Below are positions 25,551 through 34,382 of a stretch of DNA of 42,749 nt, in pieces (position 1 is the stretch's first letter; the number at the start of each line of letters is the position of its first letter). The notes under the pieces are model-generated. The model saw only the letters and a program-made list of their open reading frames with translations, searched no databases and had not been told where the DNA came from. The translations under genes and the position numbers were made by a program. This DNA comes from Minisyncoccia bacterium (GTDB lineage: Bacteria; Patescibacteriota; Minisyncoccia; Phycocordibacterales; UBA918): assembly GCA_041752975.1 (NCBI GenBank), contig JBGSVK010000048.1, forward strand, positions 1-42,749. The letters run 5' to 3'.

Positions 25551-26018
25551 TTATTTGGACTTAGACAATTTTACAATTTCTAGGTAGTGCTCTTTGGAAA
25601 TAGGAAAAGCAGAAAGTCGATTCCCTCTCATTACCAATGGTAGATTAGCAAAAACAGGATTAATCTTTATTTCTGTTAAACTAATTATTTTTTTATATTT
25701 CTTCTTGAAGCCGACCACTGGTCCTACCCAGCGTGGATTATCTTTAGTGGACTTATTATCAAAATACTTACTCTTAGAATCGAATTGAGTAGGGTCTACT
25801 TGAGCAGTTTTTAATATCTCCATCTCCCCCACTATTCCTATTTCAGCGCAACTTGAATGATAAAACAAAGCGACGTCACCAATCTTCATTACATCACGAA
25901 ATAGATTTCTTACTTGGTAGTTTCTCACTCCATCCCAAAAATACTGACCAGATTTTTGAAGGTCATCTATCGAAAACTCTGAAGGTTCGCTCTTCATTAA
26001 CCAGTATTTTTTGGCCAT
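25551..26018 (-). CDS. EVE (PUA-like) domain protein
   Basis: MAKKYWLMKSEPSEFSIDDL...WDGVRNYQVRN is a typical EVE/DUF55 N-terminus. The start is set at ATG 26018 because the track extension to 26063 runs through a promoter and a terminator hairpin. Confidence 0.8.
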   Translation of the reverse strand: MAKKYWLMKSEPSEFSIDDLQKSGQYFWDGVRNYQVRNLFRDVMKIGDVALFYHSSCAEIGIVGEMEILKTAQVDPTQFDSKSKYFDNKSTKDNPRWVGPVVGFKKKYKKIISLTEIKINPVFANLPLVMRGNRLSAFPISKEHYLEIVKLSKSK

Positions 26019-26027
26019 ATATTGTTG

Positions 26028-26036
26028 ATAGTAGCA
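26028..26036 (-). promoter_or_regulatory. extended -10 promoter (TGcTACTAT) 9 nt upstream of the EVE ATG
   Basis: On the minus strand, TG is at 26036-35, TACTAT at 26033-28 and ATG at 26018. Confidence 0.45.
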
Positions 26037-26049
26037 TATTGTAAAAATC

Positions 26050-26075
26050 AAAAAACACCCCAAAGGGTGTTTTTT
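26050..26075 (-). terminator. rho-independent (bidirectional-looking) terminator after the transglycosylase gene
   Basis: ACACCC / GGGTGT stem flanked by an A5 and a T5 run that can extend it, with a 4-nt loop. Confidence 0.8.
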
Positions 26076-26084
26076 GTGTGGAGA

Positions 26085-26501
26085 CTAGATATTCATCGCT
26101 AGCTCATTATTTCTCCAACAAGGAGATGAAGCATTCCATGGTTGTGTACCCTGAGTTTCGTAAAGAAACCGAGCGTACTCCATGTTTTGATTTATATCAT
26201 CTAGATCGAGGTTCATAGCAGTTGCAGTCTTTTCATGGTAACGCTTGTTTATTTGCATAACCCCTGTATCAGCCGGGTCTACCACTCCTTTCAGCACACT
26301 ACCATCCTCTAGTTTATGACGAAACGTCGATTCGCAACGGGCAATTTGAATCATAACGGGAATATCTTCGAAATAAGAGCGGACAATCTGCTCAGTATTT
26401 ATTGCAAGAGTAGAATCTGATTCCCCTACTGCAGAAGTATTTACGATATGGCCATATGCAGTTTCCGAAGAAACAGTTGCTCCCATTGACGTCATCGCCA
26501 A
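26085..26501 (-). CDS. lysozyme-like lytic transglycosylase domain protein
   Basis: IARCESTFRH ... TGVMQIN ... YH is an SLT/goose-lysozyme-like pattern with a catalytic Glu in CES. The N-terminus is uncertain: the track start is a TTG lying inside what reads as a signal peptide. Confidence 0.7.
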   Translation of the reverse strand: MAMTSMGATVSSETAYGHIVNTSAVGESDSTLAINTEQIVRSYFEDIPVMIQIARCESTFRHKLEDGSVLKGVVDPADTGVMQINKRYHEKTATAMNLDLDDINQNMEYARFLYETQGTQPWNASSPCWRNNELAMNI

Positions 26502-26649
26502 AACCGCAAGTATTACGGTCGATAAAATAAGCCTATTGTCTTAACTTACAAATATCAGCGGCAAGCTGATAACCGAAAAATGATATCACACATTACGGAT
26601 TTTTATTACTGTAGCATGTTATTGACTATTTGTCAATATTTTTCAGAGT

Positions 26650-27498
26650 CTAGTCATCAATTCTAGCCTTTAAATAGGCCATGGAGCCATACAAACCAGC
26701 TTCATCTCCCAGTGTCGCTGTTGTTATAAATGGGCATGTAACAAAGCCATCTAAGACTTCAACGGTATATTTTCTAATTGCATCAAGCTGGATTTTGGGA
26801 TCACCCAATATCATTGAACCGCCTAAAACGATCATTTCTGGCGACCAATACAAAATAGTATTCCGTAGTCCTTGTGCCAAATATTCAGCCAACTCATCCC
26901 AAATCATGTCTTCTTGAGGTATTTCCTTTGGTTTCATTCCTAAACGAGACTCCAAACCTGCACCGGAGACTAAATTTTCTAAGGTTGGTGTTATATCGTC
27001 TCCTAGAATTGTCCTGTCTATGTCTAGAACTTGATGACCCGGCTCAAAACCAGAACTCGCTTCGTCAATTTGTCCTGAGACAATTTTAACTCCACCTACT
27101 CCAGTACTGATGGTATGGTAAACAAAATTATCAATCCCCTTCCCAGCTCCAAAAATAGCCTCTCCTAGACCGGCTAAGGCGGCGTCATTTTCTAACCAAA
27201 CAGGAGCTTTAAAATGTTTATGTAGTTCATTAGTAATTGAGTGCTTGGCCCAACCAGAAAGAATTCCGTCATTTTCTATGCCAGTTTTTTCTTCATTCAA
27301 TAGACCTCTCACTCCCCCACAAATTCCTTTGATTGGTTTCTTGGGTTTTAATTGTTCAATCGCTTTTATGATAGTGGCGATTCCAGTTTTAAATGACTTA
27401 GGGGTTGGAAATGAATTTATATCAACAAACTTTTCTAAATCATCAGATATCGCTACCCGAGTTTTTGTTCCTCCGATGTCAAATAAAATGTAGGTCAT
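26650..27498 (-). CDS. ROK-family sugar kinase (glucokinase-like)
   Basis: ILFDIGGTKTRVA N-terminal ATP-binding motif, ENDAALAGLGE and GVGGV. ATGA overlap with pgi. Confidence 0.85.
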   Translation of the reverse strand: MTYILFDIGGTKTRVAISDDLEKFVDINSFPTPKSFKTGIATIIKAIEQLKPKKPIKGICGGVRGLLNEEKTGIENDGILSGWAKHSITNELHKHFKAPVWLENDAALAGLGEAIFGAGKGIDNFVYHTISTGVGGVKIVSGQIDEASSGFEPGHQVLDIDRTILGDDITPTLENLVSGAGLESRLGMKPKEIPQEDMIWDELAEYLAQGLRNTILYWSPEMIVLGGSMILGDPKIQLDAIRKYTVEVLDGFVTCPFITTATLGDEAGLYGSMAYLKARIDD

Positions 27499-28751
27499 GT
27501 AGAAATGATTTCTTTGGTTTTAATTTTATACAACTCTACATTTGGCTGATCAAAAGCATTTACCCCAAGCAAGTGTGCAGTGTACATTACTTCCCTAAGT
27601 CTCATGGCCATAAATAAACCAAGTGAATATGGTAGCGTCTCCTCAAAAATTGTAGCTCTGTATGGTAGATTTCTCTCTTGATAAGCACCCATTACGCCAC
27701 CATAAAGTGCTGTTGCTACTTCTTGAAGTGTGTAGCCAGCAATTTCTGAAGCCAGTTTATTAGAGCGATTAATTTTTATATCTACCAATTCATCATCAAA
27801 GGTAACGAAGTCAGTAAAGGTGTCCGGTACCCCACTCATATATAGTTGTCCAACTGAATGAAGTTCTACTGGAGTAGAAATAGTTGGTACCATTGCAAAT
27901 TTTACAGGTTTACCACTTATGTCAATCTCTTTTCCTAGACTCTCGGCAAATAGTTGCCGATACCACCTGCCTAGCTGTTCTAATCTAGGCTCAAAAGCAA
28001 AGAAATTGTAATGAGGATACTTAAGTTGATGATAAACAGCTAAACGAGCGGCACTTTCTGCCACCAAAGACTCGTAACTATCCTGCGAAGCATCCAAGTA
28101 GCCAGCGATAAACTCATCCACATCATGCCCAAGTAAAGTCAAAGGAACGAGCCCGACCACTGTTGCTACAGAATAGCGACCACCAATTATCTTTGGCATA
28201 AACACTCTAGTAATTTGCTTCTTTTTGGCGTAGCTCATCATTTCTGTTTTTTCTTCACCAACAAAAATAATTTGCTTGTACACATCTTCACCGTAAGCTG
28301 CTTTGAGTGTATCGATAACAACTGCAGCATTGCCCATTGTTTCAGTAGTTTTACCAGACTTACTGATTACACACACCGCAAGTTGCTTAACTTTTTTAAG
28401 CTTTAAAACTTCTCTCATTACTAAATCAACTTTATGAGCAGAGACTGTATCGAGAACTGACAATTTTACCCCTCCTTTATCAAGTACTGTATGAATTGCT
28501 TCTACACCAAGACTAGAACCGCCAATTCCAATCAATACTAAATGTTTTATATCTTTATATTGCTTTTTAATTTCATTAAGAGTTTCATGCAGTGCAAAAT
28601 CCCGACAATGAAACAAAGAGGACTCAGGAACTTCTATATTGTTACTCTTTAAGTTCTCAGAAATTTGAACTCTATAATTCTTTAGCTTTTTAAGATTGGT
28701 ATTTAGACTTTTTTCGGAAACTCGCTTATCATCAAAGTAGGAAATAAACAT
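27495..28751 (-). CDS. pgi: glucose-6-phosphate isomerase (short form)
   Basis: LVLIGIGGSSLG, SKSGKTTET and IGGRYSV are SIS-domain PGI motifs. 418 aa. Confidence 0.9.
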   Translation of the reverse strand: MFISYFDDKRVSEKSLNTNLKKLKNYRVQISENLKSNNIEVPESSLFHCRDFALHETLNEIKKQYKDIKHLVLIGIGGSSLGVEAIHTVLDKGGVKLSVLDTVSAHKVDLVMREVLKLKKVKQLAVCVISKSGKTTETMGNAAVVIDTLKAAYGEDVYKQIIFVGEEKTEMMSYAKKKQITRVFMPKIIGGRYSVATVVGLVPLTLLGHDVDEFIAGYLDASQDSYESLVAESAARLAVYHQLKYPHYNFFAFEPRLEQLGRWYRQLFAESLGKEIDISGKPVKFAMVPTISTPVELHSVGQLYMSGVPDTFTDFVTFDDELVDIKINRSNKLASEIAGYTLQEVATALYGGVMGAYQERNLPYRATIFEETLPYSLGLFMAMRLREVMYTAHLLGVNAFDQPNVELYKIKTKEIIST

Positions 28752-28770
28752 ACGGTAAATTTACAGGATA

Positions 28771-29520
28771 TTAAACTTGGCGGGTATTTGTGCAGTCAAC
28801 ATTCTTAATTATGTACTTGTAGGCATCTTCTACAGAATCAACAAGATGGAATAGTTCTAGGTCTTCTTTGCTAATGGTCTTATGCTTCTTAAGTAAGTCT
28901 TTTTCAAACCAGCGCAGTAGAGGTTCCCAATAATCTTTTCCAAATAGGACAATTGGAATTTGTTCTATCTTTTTGGTCTGTATCAGAGTGACGATTTCAA
29001 AAAATTCATCAAGAGTACCGAAACCGCCTGGGAAATAGACATAAACCTCAGACGAGAAAGTTAGCATCACTTTACGAGCAAAAAAGAAATCAAAATCTAA
29101 AGATTCGGTGGTATAAGGATTTAATTTTTGCTCAAACGGAAGTTGGATGTTTAGACCAATAGAATTACCACCTACTTTGAAAGCGCCAACATTGGAAGCT
29201 TCCATAATACCTGGACCACCTCCAGAAATTACTGTAAAACCTTTCTTAGCCAGCTTGGCTGCCAATTCTTCAGCCGCTTTGTAGTAAGGTTCATTTGGTT
29301 TAATGCGAGCACTTCCCCAAAATGTCACCGCTAGTCCATAATTTCTTAAGAGTTCAAAGCCTTGTACAAACTCTGACATTATTCTAAAAACTCGCCAAGA
29401 TTGAATGGCGCCATCGTTCCCCTTTGGATCCAATAAATCAGTAACAACTCGACAATGTGGAAGCTCTTTTTTTGCAGGCTTCTTTTTTGAACTAAATATA
29501 TTCTTAACCATATCAATCAT
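28771..29520 (-). CDS. LOG-family (TIGR00730) nucleotide 5-prime-monophosphate nucleosidase
   Basis: GGGPGIMEA and PGGFGTLDEFFE motifs. ATG at 29520 forms an ATGA overlap with the upstream exonuclease stop. The track start at 29544 would overlap that gene by 28 nt. Confidence 0.88.
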   Translation of the reverse strand: MIDMVKNIFSSKKKPAKKELPHCRVVTDLLDPKGNDGAIQSWRVFRIMSEFVQGFELLRNYGLAVTFWGSARIKPNEPYYKAAEELAAKLAKKGFTVISGGGPGIMEASNVGAFKVGGNSIGLNIQLPFEQKLNPYTTESLDFDFFFARKVMLTFSSEVYVYFPGGFGTLDEFFEIVTLIQTKKIEQIPIVLFGKDYWEPLLRWFEKDLLKKHKTISKEDLELFHLVDSVEDAYKYIIKNVDCTNTRQV

Positions 29521-30128
29521 ATTGTAGCACTTGGAAACGACCAAGGCATTTCGAAATGATTAAATTCGGGGAGAAGCTTTCGATTATTTAATAATCTTGA
29601 AGTTACTTCAGCATGACAGAGTGCTCCGGTTAAAGCATTGTGTGGCTCTGGCTCAGCGGAAATACCACAATAATTTAAAACAGCATCAAGATTCAAAGCG
29701 CTGCGTCTATGTTGCTCATCGATAGGTACAACAAGTCCCCTCTTTACCATATGCATCCAGCAAAAAGTATGTGTGTCTAAGGTTCTATGAGCAAGGTCAT
29801 AAGGAATATCTGCTCTGTCACAAGCTGCTTTAATCATATCTCTATCAAACGAAACGTTCTGTCCAACTAATGTACGATCTGACATATGCTGACTCCATTC
29901 TAAAAAAGACTGAACTAACTCTGCTTCGGACTGTTTATTAACATCAGTTATTTCAGATTCAGTAAAACCGTTAATTCCAAGTGCTTCCTGCATAATATGC
30001 GCCCCATCCCAAATACGACACTCACCATAAAAGCGTCTTTCAGGATTTTCAAAATCTAATGCACCAAGGGATACAATTGAGTGTTTCTTGTAGTCTACAC
30101 CTGAAGCCTCTATGTCTATAATTATCAT
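29517..30128 (-). CDS. DEDD-family 3-prime-5-prime exonuclease (DnaQ/epsilon-like)
   Basis: IIIDIEASG (Exo I), GQNVSFD (Exo II) and HNALTGALCHAE (Exo III, DEDDh). Confidence 0.8.
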   Translation of the reverse strand: MIIIDIEASGVDYKKHSIVSLGALDFENPERRFYGECRIWDGAHIMQEALGINGFTESEITDVNKQSEAELVQSFLEWSQHMSDRTLVGQNVSFDRDMIKAACDRADIPYDLAHRTLDTHTFCWMHMVKRGLVVPIDEQHRRSALNLDAVLNYCGISAEPEPHNALTGALCHAEVTSRLLNNRKLLPEFNHFEMPWSFPSATI

Positions 30129-30134
30129 GACTGG

Positions 30135-30140
30135 ATTATA
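30135..30140 (-). promoter_or_regulatory. -10 box (TATAAT) 6 nt upstream of the exonuclease ATG
   Basis: On the minus strand, TATAAT at 30140-30135 is followed by CCAGTC and then ATG at 30128. Confidence 0.4.
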
Positions 30141-30153
30141 TTATGTGTAACGT

Positions 30154-30939
30154 TTACTTATTAATTTTATCATAGAGCCCTGCTACAGAAGCACCGTAAT
30201 AAATTATAACTGCGAGAACGTAAACCCAAACTAACAAAATTAATAGCAAGCCAGCTGCTCCATACAGAGTTATAACTGGAGTAGTAATCACGTATAAGTC
30301 AACGATACTCTTCGCCATTACAAAGAAGACAGAGCTAATAGTTGCCCCTACCAAACAAGCTTTAGCAGTTGGTGAATTCACGACTAGCAATCTATACAAA
30401 GTGAAAAATAATACTGTTGTACTTGATAATAGAATAATAAGCGAAATGAATGGACTCGGTCCAAATATTGTCGGAGCAATAAAAAACTCAACGCCAATTA
30501 TAAATATTAGGTAGACTTGAAGAATAAAAATAAAACCTAGTGAACGAAAGCTTTTAATAAGCCAGGCTTTTAGACCTCGAGTCTGCCTACCCCACAAATC
30601 CTGAAAACCATCACTAATAACATTTAAAGCAATAATTGAAAAACTTAAAAAAAATATACTCCCCAAAAGAGTAAATTTTGAAGCTTCAGTTTCAGTCCCT
30701 AAATTATTAAGTGCAAATCTAATAACTGACAATAAATCCTCTCCCAAGACAGAACCCCAAATTGAAAATACTTGTGCGGTAAAAATATCTCCATAAAAGA
30801 ATCCGACGAACTTAACTGAAAAATACAAAAGCGGAATAATGGCCAAAGGGGCATAATATGAAAATGCGGCAGCATAATAGCCAGCACCACACTCAATGAA
30901 TCTTGAGACTGAATCGTATAATAAGTAGAAAAATTTCAC
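30154..30939 (-). CDS. YihY/BrkB-family membrane protein
   Basis: AGYYAAAFSYYAPLAIIPLL is a YihY-type N-terminal motif. About 6 TM segments. GTG start. Confidence 0.8.
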   Translation of the reverse strand: MKFFYLLYDSVSRFIECGAGYYAAAFSYYAPLAIIPLLYFSVKFVGFFYGDIFTAQVFSIWGSVLGEDLLSVIRFALNNLGTETEASKFTLLGSIFFLSFSIIALNVISDGFQDLWGRQTRGLKAWLIKSFRSLGFIFILQVYLIFIIGVEFFIAPTIFGPSPFISLIILLSSTTVLFFTLYRLLVVNSPTAKACLVGATISSVFFVMAKSIVDLYVITTPVITLYGAAGLLLILLVWVYVLAVIIYYGASVAGLYDKINK

Positions 30940-30970
30940 GGTATCGATTAATTAATTTGTTCCCTCTATT

Positions 30971-31360
30971 CTATTGTAATCCTGGACAATTTGAAGCAGG
31001 TTTATACCCTGCTGCTTCGGCCTCTAGACGTGATGAAAATAATATTCTATTTTCAGATTTGATTTGACTTGCGCTTGGACAAGTCAACAAATGGTACTTT
31101 GTACCCGACTTTGAAGCCACCAGTTCTTCTAATACATCATCTTTTGCTTTAATTGGCTGAGTAATCTGTGTACCTGTAACTACTTCAGTGTCACTAATAT
31201 CATTAATTATAAGCTCATTAATCCCTATTTTACTAGTTGTCTTGGGCTCCAAAACAACTGAAAGACGACCCAATCCAAAAGAAGTAACTCCTACTAAAAC
31301 AATAAGGAGACCAAAGAAAATATGGTCATTAAGAAGAAAAGACTTGAGTTTTTTGGACAT
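30971..31360 (-). CDS. membrane-anchored protein with a C-terminal Ada-Zn-binding-like / sunset-type motif (tentative)
   Basis: N-terminal TM segment. The C-terminus KYHLLTCPSASQIKSENRILFSSRLEAEAAGYKPASNCPG resembles the YHxxxC...N...F.S...A..AGY.P motif. Confidence 0.55.
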   Translation of the reverse strand: MSKKLKSFLLNDHIFFGLLIVLVGVTSFGLGRLSVVLEPKTTSKIGINELIINDISDTEVVTGTQITQPIKAKDDVLEELVASKSGTKYHLLTCPSASQIKSENRILFSSRLEAEAAGYKPASNCPGLQ

Positions 31361-31406
31361 ATATCGTATACTCCACCCGTTATATTTCGTTTATTAATTA
31401 TATACT

Positions 31407-31685
31407 ATGGCAACCAAGAAAGCGGGAGGTACCGCTAAAAACCTGCGTGATTCGCAACCAAAATACCTAGGTATCAAAAAAGCTGCTGGACAAGTAGTTC
31501 AAGCAGGTCACATTATCGTGCGTCAACGTGGTACTAAAATCGAAGCTGGTAAAGGAGTATTCATCGGAAAAGATCATACCCTATTTGCAGCTGTACCAGG
31601 AACAGTAGCTTTTCGTAATATTCGAAAAACTCGTTTCAATGGCAAGACAGTCAGCAAGAAAGCAGTTGATGTAATTGGTGCTTAA
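31407..31685 (+). CDS. rpmA: 50S ribosomal protein L27
   Basis: [25 protein letters not shown]...[11 protein letters not shown] is a canonical L27 sequence. Confidence 0.97.
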   Translation: MATKKAGGTAKNLRDSQPKYLGIKKAAGQVVQAGHIIVRQRGTKIEAGKGVFIGKDHTLFAAVPGTVAFRNIRKTRFNGKTVSKKAVDVIGA

Positions 31686-31704
31686 CAGCCTAAGCCTACA
31701 AACT

Positions 31705-31735
31705 AAAAACCCCGCGCCAAAGGCGCGGGGTTTTT
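31705..31735. terminator. bidirectional rho-independent terminator between rpmA and the cyclophilin gene
   Basis: A5 run, CCCCGCGCC / GGCGCGGGG 9-bp GC stem with a 3-nt loop, then a T5 run. Confidence 0.9.
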
Positions 31736-31744
31736 AGTTTGATT

Positions 31745-32452
31745 TTAGTTTCTTTGTATCACTACAGATTCAATAATCACGTCATCAATAGGTAAATCTC
31801 GGTCTCCGACTTCTACTTTTGCAATCTTATCAACTACATCCATCCCATCAACTACTCGACCAAAAACAGGATGTTTTGAAGAAAGAGGTTGTTTATCAAA
31901 ATCTAAATTAACGTTATCTGCTACGTTAATAAAGAACTGACTGCCACCAGAGTTTGGTCCACTATTAGCCATTGAGATAGTACCTCTCACATTAGTTAGG
32001 TATTCACCAGCAATGTGTTCATCAGGAATTGCATAACCTGGTCCGCCTGTCCCATACCGCAAGAACTCTTCAGTCTTGGTAATTGGGTCACCACCCTGAA
32101 TCATAAAACCATCTATTACTCGATGGAACTTAACCCCGTTATAAAAACCTTCCTCAGAAAGCTTGATAAAGTTTCCAGCTGTAATTGGCATAGTATCTTC
32201 AAAAAGCTCTAGTTTAAAGACACCTAGATTTGTAACAACTTCCGCTACAGGATTATTTTCATTTGTCATAGATACTTGATAAGCAGCTAATTGTTCTGCC
32301 TTAAGAGGAGCAATTAGTGCTTCCTCACTATTATTAACGATTTTACTTTCATCAACTGCGCTTTCTGGACCAAGCCAGATACTTATAATCGCTACCAATG
32401 CGCCACAGCTTAGTAAAACCATTAGTACCGGTAATAAGTTATTCTTTGCCAT
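31745..32452 (-). CDS. peptidyl-prolyl cis-trans isomerase (cyclophilin type), membrane anchored
   Basis: N-terminal TM segment. FHRVIDGFMIQGGDP and GTISMANSGPNSGGSQFFI motifs. Confidence 0.92.
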   Translation of the reverse strand: MAKNNLLPVLMVLLSCGALVAIISIWLGPESAVDESKIVNNSEEALIAPLKAEQLAAYQVSMTNENNPVAEVVTNLGVFKLELFEDTMPITAGNFIKLSEEGFYNGVKFHRVIDGFMIQGGDPITKTEEFLRYGTGGPGYAIPDEHIAGEYLTNVRGTISMANSGPNSGGSQFFINVADNVNLDFDKQPLSSKHPVFGRVVDGMDVVDKIAKVEVGDRDLPIDDVIIESVVIQRN

Positions 32453-32461
32453 AAACGTTGT

Positions 32462-32905
32462 TTATTTTGCTATTACGTTAATTTGAATAATTGAGTTCTC
32501 CCCTTGCGCCTTCAAGACAATTTGGTGAATACCCAAGGACTTAATTGGACTATCAAAGTGTATGTAATCTTTAGGAATCTTAACTCCTTTACCCTTTGCG
32601 GAATTAATTATATCGTCGGTATGAACACTTTGAAACAAGTGTCCTTGTTCATTTGCTTGCATGGGAATCTGCAAGATGTTCTCTCCACTTAATTGCGAAG
32701 CAATACTTTTAATTTCCAAAACTACACCTTCTTTATCTGACTTATCTCTCTGACGTAGGTTCTCTACCCTTTTAATATTAACTGGAGTTGCAGGCTCAGC
32801 ATCTTTTCGAGGAATTAACTTATTGAGCGCAAAACCATCTGGCACATTCACTATTTCGTAGCGTCTTCCGATTTTTGCCACATCTCGTAACAGAATTACT
32901 TTCAT
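32462..32905 (-). CDS. rplI: 50S ribosomal protein L9
   Basis: MKVILLRDVAKIGRRYEIVNVPDGFALNKLIP is a typical L9 N-domain. 147 aa. Confidence 0.93.
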   Translation of the reverse strand: MKVILLRDVAKIGRRYEIVNVPDGFALNKLIPRKDAEPATPVNIKRVENLRQRDKSDKEGVVLEIKSIASQLSGENILQIPMQANEQGHLFQSVHTDDIINSAKGKGVKIPKDYIHFDSPIKSLGIHQIVLKAQGENSIIQINVIAK

Positions 32906-32993
32906 ACTTTAATCAACGCATAATTAATACTCATAAAACCAATGGGAATCATAACAAAAGGACCAGATTGACGCCACTACCCCAGTTCAAGTC

Positions 32994-34295
32994 CTATTCT
33001 GAAACAACTTCCTCTCCTTTTAGGAACTTAATAGCAGCTTCTTGTTGAGGGTCAACATTGTCCAAACGATGTTGTGGTGTTCTATCAATTTTAATATCTG
33101 GCTTGAGTCCAGAATCAGAAATTGAAACCCCTTCTGGAGTCAACCATCTTGCTACAGTAATTTTTACTGATGAACCATTATCTAACTCAACCAACTCCTG
33201 CACAGAACCCTTTCCAAAGGTATCTAAACCAATAATAGTTGCTACATCGTGTTCTCGAAGCGCTCCCGCTAATATCTCTGACGCAGAAGCTGAACCACCA
33301 TCAACAAGTACCACCAATTCATTTGGTCCAAAGTTTCTAACTACTCTTCCTTGACTACGGTAGAGTTTTTCCTCATCGCCTTCACCAAAATGTTCTCTTA
33401 CTACCACCTTACCAGTCGGCAAGAAGAAACTAGCAATTGAGACAGCGCTTTGCAAATAGCCACCAGGATTACCTCGAAGATCAAGTACCATTGATTTTGC
33501 ATCACTTTTTACATATTCACGTAAAGCTTCCTGGAATTTCATCTCTGAGATAGCATTAAAGCTATAGAGTCGAATTATAAATATTCCGTCTATTTCTTCA
33601 GTCTCAATCGTAGGAACAACAATAGTATCTCGAACAACTGATATCTCTCTAAACTCCAAATCTCCTTCCCTAAACACTGAAAGGACTACCGTAGTTCCTT
33701 TTTCACCTCTAATTCTCTTGACTGCTTCATCAACTCGCATACCTTCAGTACTCTCACCATCAATTCTGATTATTTTATCGCCGGTTATTAGACCAGCTCT
33801 TTCAGCCGGAGTATCTGGAAGTGGTGCGATTACAGTAATCACATCATCACGCATTCCAACCTCCATCCCAATCCCACTAAAATTTCCAGAGATATCTTCA
33901 GCAAAGGCTGCACTTTCAACTGGTGGAAGAAAAACTGTGTAAGGATCACCAAAAGTAGAAACTAATCCAGAAATCGCTCCATTTATTTTGTCTTCATCAG
34001 AAATCACCATTGTAGAACTTGCTGCAATAAATTTTTCGTCAAGCAGACTCCACACTTTCCAGAATTGAGTCAAGTCAATATCATCATGATTATAAGAACT
34101 TGCTTGCGGGGTTGAAAAGAAAGAAAACAAGCTAGCGGTTTGGTCGTCTTTAGCTATAAGGCTATCGACCTGTAGTCCTGTAACAAAAGAACCCCCTGCT
34201 AGGATTAAGGCTAATAAAATACCTAGAAAATTACTCTTCTTGGATGGTTTTACGATTTGTAAATTTTCTGAATTAAGTGTTTGTTCATCTTGCAT
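32994..34295 (-). CDS. ctpA: carboxy-terminal processing protease (S41) with PDZ domain
   Basis: TM anchor, PDZ (GDKIIRIDG), GNPGG, SASASE and GKGSVQ motifs. The start is set at ATG 34295 because the track ATG at 34304 lies inside the -10 box. Confidence 0.9.
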   Translation of the reverse strand: MQDEQTLNSENLQIVKPSKKSNFLGILLALILAGGSFVTGLQVDSLIAKDDQTASLFSFFSTPQASSYNHDDIDLTQFWKVWSLLDEKFIAASSTMVISDEDKINGAISGLVSTFGDPYTVFLPPVESAAFAEDISGNFSGIGMEVGMRDDVITVIAPLPDTPAERAGLITGDKIIRIDGESTEGMRVDEAVKRIRGEKGTTVVLSVFREGDLEFREISVVRDTIVVPTIETEEIDGIFIIRLYSFNAISEMKFQEALREYVKSDAKSMVLDLRGNPGGYLQSAVSIASFFLPTGKVVVREHFGEGDEEKLYRSQGRVVRNFGPNELVVLVDGGSASASEILAGALREHDVATIIGLDTFGKGSVQELVELDNGSSVKITVARWLTPEGVSISDSGLKPDIKIDRTPQHRLDNVDPQQEAAIKFLKGEEVVSE

Positions 34296-34302
34296 GTTTA
34301 CC

Positions 34303-34311
34303 ATTATCGCA
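34303..34311 (-). promoter_or_regulatory. extended -10 promoter (TGcGATAAT) 7 nt upstream of ctpA ATG 34295
   Basis: On the minus strand, TG is at 34311-10, GATAAT at 34308-03, then GGTAAAC and ATG. Confidence 0.5.
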
Positions 34312-34365
34312 CAGACTGCATTTTAGGCAAAAGAACATTGGTGACTTCATGTTTGGGTATGATTT

Positions 34366-34374
34366 TGCTACACT
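34366..34374 (+). promoter_or_regulatory. extended -10 promoter (TGcTACACT) 8 nt upstream of cysS ATG 34383
   Basis: TG at 34366-67, TACACT at 34369-74, ATG at 34383. Confidence 0.5.
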
Positions 34375-34382
34375 GTACCGAC

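Noticed and set aside
26502-26649. Cyclic-di-AMP (ydaO) riboswitch upstream of the cell-wall hydrolase gene
   Set aside because: ydaO elements commonly precede such genes, but none of the conserved G-rich/ACGGGG-type blocks is present. The leader is AT-rich with only one short hairpin.
18102-30128. Alternative genetic code (UGA recoding, as in some candidate phyla)
   Set aside because: TGA functions as the stop at the expected C-termini of conserved genes (mraY at 19158-60, pgi at 27495-97, the exonuclease at 29517-19). Conserved proteins translate full-length with code 11 without internal stops.
34281-34382. Long N-terminal extension of cysS (track start 34281), and similar extensions for rplU (38597), EVE (26063), LOG (29544), ftsW (19121) and Grx-DsbD (42623)
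   Set aside because: The extensions overlap neighbouring genes, promoters or terminator hairpins, and add non-conserved residues ahead of the canonical family N-termini. Internal ATGs with proper context were chosen instead.
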